A program made the position numbers and the translations under genes. This document shows positions 1 through 9,931 of a DNA stretch of 26,874 nucleotides, in pieces. Within the stretch, counting starts at the first letter, position 1. Each line of letters begins with the position of its first letter. The notes beneath the pieces were generated by a model. It was not told the origin of the DNA. It saw only the letters and a program-made list of their open reading frames with translations, and did no database searches. Source of the stretch: Octopus sinensis (Eukaryota); contig NW_021834138.1 in NCBI RefSeq assembly GCF_006345805.1, positions 1 through 26,874 on the forward strand, given 5' to 3'.

Positions 1-269
1 ACTACTCTACTAACTACTAACTACGCCACCACCCTTAATTATTCAACATTACATATGTAAATTTTATTAATTTGCTCCTACACACATACTGTCAATCACT
101 CAGCGAGAGCAGCAGGACAATCTGTGCGCCGACTAGAATAACCACTGTAGAATAACGTGATACACCCTATGAACTTTTGGAATTAAATCAGGTTGCACGT
201 AGAACAGCCACCAGTTAGATATAAACGATTCCACCGTCAGTTTTAAATTGATCCAAATTTAAATCGTCT

Positions 270-456
270 AATTCTTTTCTACTCTAGGCACAAGGCCCGA
301 TATTTTGAGGGAAGGGACCAGTCGATTAGATCGACCCTAGTACGCAATCAACTCCGAAAGGATAAAAGGCAAAGTCGACCTCGGCGGAATTTGAACTCAG
401 AACGTAAAGACAGACGACATATCGCTAAGCATTTCGCACGACGTGCTAACGTTTCT
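270..456 (-). mobile_element. tRNA-derived SINE, family A (octopus-type), head truncated
   Basis: Minus strand has the tRNA-like B-box GTTCTGAGTTCAAATTCC, then GAGGTCGACTTTGCCTTTTATCCTTTCGG and the tail CTTGTGCCTAGAGTAGAAAAG. The same body recurs at 453-651, 25445-25624 and 26049-26260. Confidence 0.85.
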
Positions 457-651
457 TATTTCTTTATTGCCCACAAGGGGCTAAACATAGAGGGGACAAA
501 GAAGGACAGACAAAGGGTACTAATTTCATCGACCCCGAAAGGATGAAAGGCAAAGTCGACCTCGGCGGAATTTGAACTCAGAACGTCGCGGCAGACGAAA
601 TACCGATCAGCATTTTGCACAACGTGCTAACGTTTTTGCCAGATCACCGCC
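453..651 (-). mobile_element. tRNA-derived SINE, family A, with alternative 3' tail
   Basis: Plus strand GACCCCGAAAGGATGAAAGGCAAAGTCGACCTCGGCGGAATTTGAACTCAGAACGT is nearly identical to 350-415. The head ends GCCAGATCACCGCC. The tail (CCCCTTGTGGGCAATAAAGAAATAAG on minus) differs from the neighbouring copy. Confidence 0.85.
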
Positions 652-870
652 CTATCTTCGTCTAATTTTGTCTACGATTCTTTCGGCTTCTTACCGAATC
701 ATGGAAACACGTGTAGCTGGGCTGTACTACGAAGAACAGACGTTCGCTCCGCGCTAGCAACTTTTAACTTTATATTTAGCTGAGTTATGAACCGATAATT
801 ATCAATCATGTTGGCTACAGTTCTGTAGTATATTGTAGTTCTCTAATAGTAATATTAATGAATCATAATT

Positions 871-985
871 TGCCACAAGGTCACCAAATTTGAAAGAAAG
901 TCTCATCAATTAAATAAAATCTTGAATAATGTTATTTTGCGCGAAAAATTAATAGCGAAGTCGACCCTGCAAGGTTTTAACTCAC
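871..985 (-). mobile_element. Highly diverged SINE family A remnant
   Basis: TTGCCACAAGG...GAAGTCGACCCTGCAAGGTTTTAACTCA resembles GGCACAAGG...AAAGTCGACCTCGGCGGAATTTGAACTCA of the intact copies. Confidence 0.45.
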
Positions 986-987
986 AT

Positions 988-999
988 TTTACATACATA

Positions 1000-1030
<31 letters not shown>

Positions 1031-1312
1031 TCATATATTCATATATACATATATCCATATACATATGTACATATTCATATATACATACACGTATATATTC
1101 ACACATATAAATGTATATATACTTATAGTTACTTATGTATGAAGGGATATTTATAAATATATATGTATGTGTGTATATATAAATATGTGTCCGAGTGTGT
1201 GTGTGTATAAACAGATCTATTGACACGTATATATGTGTATATGCAGTTACATACAGATTATAAAGATACATTCATATACATACATATATATATATATATG
1301 TATATATATATA

Positions 1313-1343
<31 letters not shown>

Positions 1344-1368
1344 CATATACAAATATAAATATATGTGT

Positions 1369-1418
<50 letters not shown>

Positions 1419-1530
1419 ATATATAGATATATTATGTATATATATATACACACCACAAATATAAATATATGGTATATATATAATCTTCAAACACCTACAC
1501 GCACACACACACACACATACACACACAGTG
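988..1530. repeat. Compound microsatellite region (TACA)n/(TA)n/(CA)n
   Basis: Directly visible low-complexity repeats; source of the YI/HT-rich spurious ORFs. Confidence 0.95.
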
Positions 1531-2233
1531 GAAACAGGAAGAGACAAGTAGACAGATATAGAGTGATATGGAGAGACAGACGAACTATGACATTCTGTCA
1601 TAAATACAAAACGAGAGACAAAAATGACGTGTCTGGCCATTGAGAAACAAACGAAACAATTCCAGCAGAACGTTATTTGCGATGTCATATTTATCGTATC
1701 TTTTTGCTTCTGCTCCATTACAGATATGAAAGACAGACGTTGAGAACTAAAAACCGACTGGAGATTTACATATTCATATATGACATTTCGCCATATATCT
1801 CAATAGTCTTTATCGCTCTCAACAAAAAATAAAATAATAAAAATGAAAAAATAAATATATAAAAATAAAATAGAAAAACAAGTGATGATACGAGATTTAT
1901 TGTTAAGTTACTTTGAAAAAATCTCGAAGACATTGTAGCAACAACAGTTATCACAACGATACAGCGATGTGTTGTAGTCTTACTAATTCTTTGTTTTATT
2001 TTCTTGTCACCTTTTTACAGATTTTGAAGAATACAAAGCGAAGACGCGTATAGATTAGCTATAAGTATTAATGAAACGAATCTAGAAATGCTATGTTGGT
2101 TCGAAGTTACTGTCTTTGGAAAAATCATATGAGAAATCTCAAAGGTTGATTTGAGTTGACTGAGGCATTCCGACATTTTACGCTGACGAGATTGGAAGTT
2201 CATTTGTATATTATAATGATAATAGGCAATGTT

Positions 2234-2510
2234 TATGTATGTATGCATGTATGTATGTATGTATGTATGTATGTATGTATGTATGTTGTATGTATGTATG
2301 TATGTATGTATGCATGTATGTATGTATGTATGTATGTATGTATGCATGCATGTATGTATGTATGTATGTATGTATGTATGCATGTATGCATGTATGTATG
2401 TGTGTGCATGTATGTGTGTGCACGTAAGCATGTGTGTATATATGAATGTGTATCAGCATTTATGCATGCATATATGTATGTATGTATTTTTGTAAGTATG
2501 TATGAATGAA
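2234..2510. repeat. (TATG)n tetranucleotide microsatellite
   Basis: Long GTAT/TATG run with CATG interruptions. Confidence 0.95.
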
Positions 2511-2730
2511 TATATGCATTTGTGTATGTTATGTAGGAACTTTGGTATTTATTTATGCGAACATATACGCATAGACTATAGACTAATACATCTTATCTAT
2601 ATACATGTGTGCGTGCGTGTGTGTGTATATATAAGTATGTGTACAAGTTTGTGTGTATGTGTGTGTGTATGTATGTAGATATATAAGAAACAAAAGTAAT
2701 GGGTTATATGCATATATCTATACATTAAAG

Positions 2731-2830
2731 GCCAACAGATGTTTCAGATCGTACTTGCGTGTACTGATGGTTCAATCTTATCAATCAAGAGAAAATATTG
2801 GGAACCGAGCCAAGTTATCTTCTTCGGAGC
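2731..2830 (-). ncRNA. Degenerate hammerhead-ribozyme-like motif (extended stem II)
   Basis: Minus strand CCGAAGA-AGAT...ATCT-GAAA-CATCTG-TT. The core has U4C and stem I is only about 3 bp. Confidence 0.3.
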
Positions 2831-2837
2831 TAAAACA

Positions 2838-2857
2838 TATTATATATATATGTTATA

Positions 2858-2946
<89 letters not shown>
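2838..2946. repeat. (TA)n microsatellite
   Basis: Nearly pure TA run. Confidence 0.95.
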
Positions 2947-2950
<4 letters not shown>

Positions 2951-2954
2951 ATGC

Positions 2955-3090
2955 TTAACAAGTCACGTCGCAATCACAAGAGATCAAGTTTGATCCCAGA
3001 ATCTTGGGCCAATGATATTTTTTATGGTCCCGGCTGAACCCATACCTTTTGAGGAAAATTGGTTCGATGGAAAGTATATGTAAGACTATA
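2955..3090 (+). mobile_element. Highly diverged SINE family B remnant
   Basis: CAATCACAAGAGATCAAGTTTGATCCC...CTTGGGCCAATG...TTGGTTCGATGGAAAG is colinear with the family B head at 4408-4515 and 3865-3920. Confidence 0.4.
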
Positions 3091-3408
3091 TTTTACGGTT
3101 TTACCTATAATGCAAAGGATCTGCGTTGTCTCGTTACTGGTGTTATAAATCTAATCGTTACTCAGCTACTTACACACGAATTCGATGAGTTTCGAATTTA
3201 ATTCATCGGAACAACCGAAATCTTATGATCACCAGAGCAAAACAATTCATTTTGTATCATACTGAGACAGAACGGGAAACCAGTGTTATGAGTCTATCGC
3301 CCGGGAAGGACCTTTGACTTCTATTTTTGATATATACGAGTATATAAAGGAAAAATTGAAAATGGAGACAAACGCTCAAGATGTTATTAAACCATTTATA
3401 TCTTCATA

Positions 3409-3497
3409 ACATCGACATATGTTTCGATGGATGCATTCAAAATAATCCGAGAGGATGTATAATTTGGAGCAATGCATCAATCTTATATAAAGGATAT
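3409..3497 (-). ncRNA. Decayed hammerhead-like motif
   Basis: An 11/12-bp stem (3426-3437 with 3471-3482) is followed on minus by GAAACATATGTC and a possible stem I ATATC/GATGT. The CUGANGA core is not intact (CTTTATATAA). Confidence 0.25.
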
Positions 3498-3773
3498 AAA
3501 CAACAGTGCTTAACAATTAGACATTTTAATAGATGTAAAAAACTTCAATATATGTGACGTGTATATATATATGTATATATACATATATATATATATGTGT
3601 GTGTGTGCGTGTGTGGTGTGTGTGCGTGTGTGTGTGTGTGTGTGTGTATACACACATCCATTTTCTATTTTTTCTATGTTCTCCAAAATAACTCCTACAC
3701 AAGTGTGATCACTGATTTCTAGGACACTTATGTGACATCTGGCTACCTTGTAATTATTCTCCTGGATTTTTCC

Positions 3774-3805
<32 letters not shown>

Positions 3806-3820
3806 ATATATATATTATAA

Positions 3821-3925
3821 TGTGGCTGTGTGGCAAGAAGCTTGCTTCTCAACCACATGGTTCCTCGGGCCGACCAAAGCCTTGTGAGGGGATTTGTTGA
3901 CGGAAACTGAAAGAAGCCAGTCGTA

Positions 3926-3964
<39 letters not shown>

Positions 3965-3986
3965 ATATTATATATATATATATATC

Positions 3987-4076
<90 letters not shown>

Positions 4077-4077
4077 C

Positions 4078-4124
<47 letters not shown>

Positions 4125-4390
4125 ATATATATATATGTATATATATTTATATATATGTATATATATATATGTATGGTATATATATATATGTGTCTGTGTT
4201 TGTCCCCCCAACATCGCTTGATGCTGGTGTGTTTACATCCCTGTAACTTAGCGGTTAGGCATAAGAGATCGATAGAGTAAGTACTAGGCTTACAAAGAAT
4301 AATTCCTGGGATCGATTTCTTCGACTAAAGGCGATGCTCCAGCATGGCCACAGTCAAATCACTGAATCAAATAAAAGAGTAAAAGAATAC
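3821..4390 (+). mobile_element. tRNA-derived SINE family B (CORE-like), with internal deletion and expanded internal (TA)n
   Basis: Head TGGCTGTGTGGCAAGAAGCTTGCTTCTCAACCACATGGTTCC is joined directly to TCGGGCCGACCAAAGCC, so the B-box and CACCTTGGGCAAG segment are deleted relative to 4408-4515. A TA microsatellite follows at 3924-4189, then the 3' half ending GCTCCAGCATGGCCACAGTCAAATCACTGAATCAAATAAAAGAG. Confidence 0.9.
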
Positions 4391-4407
4391 CAATAGATGA
4401 ATATATA

Positions 4408-4515
4408 GGCGCAGGCATGGCTGTGTGGTAAGGGCCTTGTTTCCCAACCACATGATTCCGAGTTCAGTCCTACTGCGTGGCACCTTGGGCAAGTGTCTTC
4501 TGCTATAGCTTGAGG
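4408..4515 (+). mobile_element. SINE family B 5' half
   Basis: GGCGCAGGCATGGCTGTGTGGTAAG (A-box region), GAGTTCAGTCC (B-box) and GGCACCTTGGGCAAGTGTCTTC (CORE-like). Confidence 0.85.
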
Positions 4516-4529
4516 TTGAGGTATAGCTT

Positions 4530-4771
4530 GAGGTTGTATATATGTATAAGTTGTATATATGTATAAGTATAGCTGTATTGGAGTGTATATATATATGTTT
4601 ACGTAGGTACATAAGGGTAGTTGTGTATGCGTATGTATATTGTATATATGTAAGACCGTGTGCAAGTGTGTATATATGCATATGAGTGTGTGGATGTATA
4701 TATATATACATGGATATGGGTATGTATTCATATATGTATATAAGGGTGTGCGTATGTGTATATGTGCATGG

Positions 4772-4806
<35 letters not shown>

Positions 4807-5075
4807 GTATATATATATATATATATATGGATGATGATGTATATGCATGTGTATATGTGTGTGCATATGTATATATATATGAATGTATATATGCATGGTG
4901 TATGTATATATATGCATATGCGTGTTTATGCGTATGTATGTATATATACATGTATATATATATATGTATATGCGTGTCTATGTGTATGTATATATGTATG
5001 TATACATGTATGTATGTATGTATGTATGTATTGTATGTATGTATATATATATATATATAAATATATATATAATGC
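4530..5075. repeat. Degenerate TA/TG/TATG low-complexity tract
   Basis: Visible compound microsatellite. Confidence 0.9.
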
Positions 5076-5719
5076 AGACACATAGCTACCCATAATATGT
5101 ATATACAAGTAGATACAGAGTAATTTATCCTGTATAATTGATTGTTGGACTCGATGTTCGCACTTGGGGCATTTCGTTTATATTGATATTCCTTTGATTC
5201 GAAGTGTGTACAGACTTTATTTTTATATTTCTATATAGAGTTGGCTTCATTTTTCGTTTTGTTTATATGCATCGATACGTATATATATACGCGAGTGAAT
5301 GATTAATGTGGTATATATGAAGATATACCATATTTATCTCATTTAAAATATATAAATGTTTTGTATATGTGTATGTATAAGTATTTATATGTACATATGT
5401 ATATCGTTTGATATATATATATATATGCGTTGGTCTATATATATATAGGCATTGATGCATTTATGTATAAGTGTGTATATGAATGCATTAAAAGAATATA
5501 TATATATATGTGTGTATGTGTGTGTGTGTGCGAGTGTGTGTGTATATATATTTATATATGTATATTTGTAAGCATGAGGGTTGGATGGAAACTAAAACAT
5601 TAAATTATTTTATATTGTATATATATAAGTTATTTTTCCATGTCTGTATTGAGTGGTTTCGTTTTCCAGCTTGTGTATATAAAGTATATATAAATATGTG
5701 TATATATAAACGTCTGTGG

Positions 5720-5928
5720 AGTAAATATTGTTTGCCAATATAACCTGGCAGGCCTTGTTTAGCACTAATGTTGCTGTAATTTAGCCCCAAGAGACATCGT
5801 CTCCAGTTAGCTATACGACACGATCTGTGTCCTTATGTTTTCGAACAAGGGAATCTAGCACCCTCATTCAGCTGAAAACAATATCTGTGTATCACAATTT
5901 TCGTGTTATTTCCCTTCATCAGCACAGA
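5720..5928 (-). mobile_element. Penelope pLTR-like repeat with degenerate hammerhead (5884-5928)
   Basis: Minus strand TCTGTG-CTGATGA-AGGGAAATAACAC-GAAA-ATTGTGA-TA-CACAGA has a perfect 6-bp stem I but damaged stems II and III. It continues CCCTTGTTCGAAAACATAAGGACACAGA...TAGCTAACTGGAGACGATGT...GGGGCTAAAT, homologous to 24839-24995. Confidence 0.6.
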
Positions 5929-6178
5929 ATAATTGTTCGGCTGGAGGTGGCGCTGCAAAATTCCCCTTCGAAATATATAGCTTTCAAAGTGACAACTAGT
6001 CACTGATCCTTTTTCTAATAAACGTCTGTATTGTGCAAATAAATCGGTTATAGAATAGAATAGTTATAGATTTAAATTTATGAGTTTACAAACTTTCAGT
6101 GAGATTATTTATTAATTTATGATTAAGCTCGCTCTTCGTAAAGATTTAGGAATTATAAATAGCTTAATTTGATATTAG

Positions 6179-6939
6179 ACTTCAACGGAGACATATAGAG
6201 AAACTCCATCAAAAACTAGCTCGTCTTTCAAACCATCTAACTTTCCTGTGTAGATGTAGAGACTCAAAGCTAATACCACCTGGTTTGAATATAACGACAC
6301 CAGTCGATTCGCATAAAGCTAGAAGAGTAGCGGAAAGGACAAGACATGCCCTCGTCCGTGAGAGGATCCATTGCAACCGTTGGAAAAAACATCAACTAAA
6401 TAACGAAATCAAAGAGAGGTTAGCTTCATTACTTGGGAGAATAACCAGAGATGATGATAGAAAGGGAACCCAACAATATCTAGAAAAGTTGTACATGAAA
6501 GAATTTGAAATGGTGAAGACACGCCAGATTAAGAAGTTTATGAAACTCAAAGGTCAGAGAGTGAAGACTGAAGTCCGTCACCCACCTGTGAAAGCAGTAA
6601 TTAATATAAGTTTAGTACTGATTCTGAAGAAGCAGTACTAAACAAAGGTCCCAACTTTGCGACAACCATCAGGCGCATTCCATACTTGGACTAAATAGCT
6701 CCTATTGAAGAGATAGCCATAAAGATACCAAAAGCTCGGAGATGAACTAAGGTGGAAAGTGAGACAAGTACAAGAAAAAGCGAAACTTCCCAAACCAAAC
6801 ATCACTAAAGAAGAAACGTCCGCTATTAAAAGACTAAAGAGTGACAATTCCATCATAATACTTCCAGCAGACAAGGGGAATGCTACAGTGGTGATGAACA
6901 AGTTTGACTACTCGGAAAAACTGGCAAGTCTTATAAGTG
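6179..6939 (+). mobile_element. Penelope-like element ORF fragment (N-terminal domain to start of RT), frameshifted
   Basis: Translates LQRRHIEKLHQKLARLSNHLTFLCRCRDSKLIPPGL..., then EAVLNKGPNF and KLPKPNITKEETSAIKRLKSDNSIIILPADKGNATVVMNKFDYSEKL. The KG-NF and ADKG motifs are typical of PLE RT N-termini. Confidence 0.85.
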
Positions 6940-7625
6940 TAGAAACAGTACTGTTCTGTTTTCAGCAATCCTGATATGGCCAATATGGACTGTATCAGTG
7001 ATGTTAATCCTCAACACACTATATGGGACATAACGTTTGGCGCCCCTGATGTCTTGGCGGCAATGAACGAAATTAAACACAATTCAGCAGTAGGTACCGA
7101 AAGGTTCCCTGCTTGTGTCCTGAAGGTGTGTCGACACCAACTTGCATTTCCTCTTGCTGATCTGTGGAGTAAATCACTGGATGCTGGCTATATCCTTGGA
7201 AACTTTCTGTTCCCGTCTGTTCTCCCTGTTTTCTAAAAGGGAAATAAGTCATTAGCAGTGAACTGCCGTCCGATCTCACTCATCTCTCATATCATCAAGG
7301 TATTTGAGAGGGTGGTGAGATCACGGGTAACCCAATTTCGTGACAGCAACAGACTGCTGAACCCCAACCAATATGGGGTCCGTAATGGAAGGAACTGTCT
7401 AACACACCAAAACACATTAGACTAGAAACAGACCCCCAGATGTTCAAGAGGTCTTTGGAAAAATTCCTTAAAAAAATCCCGGATAAACCTCTTACACCCG
7501 GATATATCTTCATGAACAATAACTCTCTCCTCGAGTAGGCCATGTTCGATTCTTGATTTGAATAACTTTGTTAGGTGGTGCCATTAAGTTAAACATGGCC
7601 TGGACCAATACAAGCTGAAACCTGT
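6940..7625 (+). mobile_element. CR1-type LINE fragment: RT N-terminal part joined to C-terminus and 3' UTR
   Basis: QYCSVFSNP...PVF*KGNKSLAVNCRPISLISHIIKVFERVVR...NQYGVRNGRNCLTH runs to about 7407, then jumps to ETDPQMFKRSLEKFLKKIPDKPLTPGY..NNNSLL. The 3' UTR AGGTGGTGCCATTAAGTTAAACATGGCCTGG is shared with 9932-10951. Confidence 0.85.
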
Positions 7626-7637
7626 CCAAATATCAAA

Positions 7638-7638
<1 letters not shown>

Positions 7639-7708
<70 letters not shown>

Positions 7709-7753
7709 CTGTGTGTGTGTGTGTGTATGCATATATATATATCTATATGTATA

Positions 7754-7803
<50 letters not shown>

Positions 7804-7810
7804 ATATATT

Positions 7811-7865
<55 letters not shown>

Positions 7866-7912
7866 ATATATATGTATATGTATATATATGTATATATATA
7901 TATATATATATA
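7639..7912. repeat. (TA)n/(TG)n compound microsatellite
   Basis: Visible. Confidence 0.95.
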
Positions 7913-7920
7913 AATATAGA

Positions 7921-8134
7921 AATGAAGAAAATGCTGACAAATAATTGAAGTAATTTAAGTAATTTAATTAGGTGAAAGTTCTTTTTACCGGTTGCGCATT
8001 TGTTATGCTTTTCAAAATATGATAAGCATAACAAATTATTTTGATAAGCATAACAAATGCGCAACCGGTAAAAAGAACTTCACCTAATTAAATTACTTAA
8101 ATTACTTCAATTATTTGTCAGCATTTTCTTCATT
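7921..8134. repeat. Near-perfect long inverted repeat (foldback/MITE-like), arms about 99 bp, 17-nt loop
   Basis: 7921-8019 is the reverse complement of 8037-8134 apart from one indel and one mismatch. The loop 8020-8036 is TGATAAGCATAACAAAT. Confidence 0.9.
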
Positions 8135-8180
8135 CCTTTTTTATATATCACCACTCGTGTTCGACATCTCCTTTTTTTTA

Positions 8181-8230
<50 letters not shown>

Positions 8231-8236
<6 letters not shown>

Positions 8237-9022
8237 TGTATAAACGGCAGTCTGTCTGTCTGTGTGTCTGTGTGTCTGTCAGGTTGTACCCTCACCCTGA
8301 CCACGGCTTTCAACTGATTCTGATGAAACTTGACACACACGTAGCCCAATGTCATAATTCAAAACTAACGCTGCGAAAATTTTGAAAAGTTCCCCCAGTT
8401 CTGAAAAAAAATCGATAAATTCGACATGGGTCGAGAATCTAAGCTTTTTATATGCAACACATTTTCTACAGACTGTCTAGGGGACGCAACTCGACCTTTT
8501 TACTCTCGGAACACGTGGGGTAAGTATCCCAATGTATAAAAATGTACAAAAACGGCAAAAAAGCGGGCAGCAATGTGAGTGACAACAACGAAAAAGTCAA
8601 AAGTGACCAAACTGAACAAACGAATGGAAAAGATTTTTTGATGCACACGACAAAAGCGTTTTATAATAAACCATGTAGCGTCCGAGGACCCTTAGGGTAC
8701 ATCAAAAATTTAAGGTAAAACGTTTGGGGTGGTAGTTATAAAGAAAGTGTAAACAAAAAAAGTATTCGAATAACTTGCGGCTGCGGCAGCTATTAGCAGA
8801 AGTGGCGGTATTGGGGGTAAAGTCTCGAATGTAATTTCTTCCTGGTAGGAATTGGTTGGGTTGAATTATCGATAGCTGTTTGATAGTTATTTTGGAGTGA
8901 AGAGAAGACATTGCAACCTATACATGCGCCTTTGTTCCCTAGAGGGAAAGGACTAGATTGGGATTAGTCGTTGCCTACTAGGGGCTCTTACATACCCGGG
9001 CAACGCCGGGCTATGCTGCTAG
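8231..9022 (+). mobile_element. Non-autonomous Helitron
   Basis: The 3' end has the GC hairpin CCCGGGCAACGCCGGG (8995-9010), then CTAG (9019-9022) followed by T. The 5' end is TATGTATAAACGGCAG plus a (GTCT) microsatellite, matching 21985-22000. It sits in TA repeats on both sides. Confidence 0.85.
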
Positions 9023-9119
9023 TATATATATATATATATATCTATATATATATATGTATGTATGTATATATATGTATATATATCTTATATGCATATTTAT
9101 ATATACATATATATTTATG

Positions 9120-9155
<36 letters not shown>

Positions 9156-9620
9156 CACATACACATACATACACACATCACAGGTACATGCACACACACA
9201 CACACACACACACTCACACTCACAAATGTACACGCACACATATACAAACGCACATGAAAGTGTGCGTTTGTCTGCGAGAATCTGCACATTTCTCCGTTAA
9301 CAAGAACATATCCCGAACTGTGTCCATATGTTCCTGTTCGCATGGGTATACGTGTATATGTGACAATGACTGGATTCATGGGTGTTTGCACACGTGCTTA
9401 ATATGTCCATAAAACAATATGAATAAAAGCATGTGGATCAAGCGTAAAGCTGTTAATTTTTTTCCATTATTTTGCATTAGTTAAAAGAAAACCAATCGTT
9501 TTTGTCGTTGTTTCTTCCATACATTTCAATAGACATCGTCGTATGTGATTCAATTCATTTTGTGTAGAGAAGCACGAAATATTTCAATTTTCCTATTAGA
9601 GCGATATCTATGACCACACA

Positions 9621-9651
<31 letters not shown>

Positions 9652-9855
9652 TACACACTCACACGCACACACACACACACATATATATACGTAGATACCT
9701 ATATATATATATATACATGTATATATAGATATATATACATATATATACATACCTATATATATATGTATATATACATATGCATAAATGTATACATATATAT
9801 ATATATAAGTATATATACACATATATATACATACGTATATATACATATATATATG

Positions 9856-9896
<41 letters not shown>

Positions 9897-9930
9897 ACAC
9901 ATATATATATATATATACATATGTATATAT
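9023..9930. repeat. Two compound TA/CA microsatellite blocks (9023-9240, 9610-9930)
   Basis: Visible. Confidence 0.85.
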
Positions 9931-9931
9931 A

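Noticed and set aside
85-150. Hydrophobic VILVGAQIVLLLSL on minus after TTCTACAG
   Set aside because: All three frames hit a stop before the nearest strong donor.
3180-3222. Hammerhead-like CCGATGA-ATTAAATTC-GAAA-CTCATC on minus
   Set aside because: It has a core substitution, a mismatched stem II closing pair, a mismatched stem III and no stem I; that is too many defects.
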